Assembly (NCBI RefSeq): GCF_006345805.1
Contig: NC_043016.1
Coordinates: forward strand, 10,230,001-10,294,000
DNA length: 64,000 bases
From: Octopus sinensis
Taxonomy: Eukaryota
Reading direction: 5' to 3'
Made by a program: the position numbers and the translations under genes. Below the pieces are notes generated by a model. That model saw only the letters and a program-made list of their open reading frames with translations. It had not been told where the DNA came from and did no database searches. Of this stretch, positions 63,788 through 64,000 are shown in pieces (positions within the stretch are counted from its first letter, which is position 1; each line of letters opens with the position of its first letter).

Positions 63788-64000
63788 TAACAGACTATCG
63801 TATTCGCTGTTTTCGATGCGTTCTCAGCGAAGAAATTTTGCCATCATGTAACAATTTCTAACATAATTGTTTCCTCTCATCCGTTGCTTGCAGAGTAATT
63901 TCGTTGAAGGCATCACTGCATACCTTATTTTTTTTCTATTATATTTCAATGATCCAAGGAAGGATACACAAGACTGGTTTCCTGTTGTTTTAATGCTGTT

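Overview
AT-rich, repeat-dense metazoan genomic DNA. The SINE families and microsatellite load resemble an octopus (coleoid cephalopod) genome; that is inference, not a database result. The only confident host coding sequence is the terminal exon of ABHD11 (8121-8265, +), with a few weak exon candidates at 53.7 kb and 61.5 kb. The rest is mostly mobile DNA: at least five short retroposon families (labelled A-E here), CR1, RTE and R4/Dong-like LINE fragments, a Penelope-like (GIY-YIG) fragment, three non-autonomous Helitrons, piggyBac- and mariner-type MITEs, and long simple repeats that explain most ORF-track entries. The most interesting signal is a set of unrelated foldback or inverted-end elements carrying minimal type I hammerhead ribozyme motifs (7.2, 25.2/25.5, 32.0 and 50.8 kb). 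One of them has a tRNA-like Pol III head and a 12-bp target-site duplication. A second notable pattern is SINE B head-to-tail multimers that share one junction at four loci.
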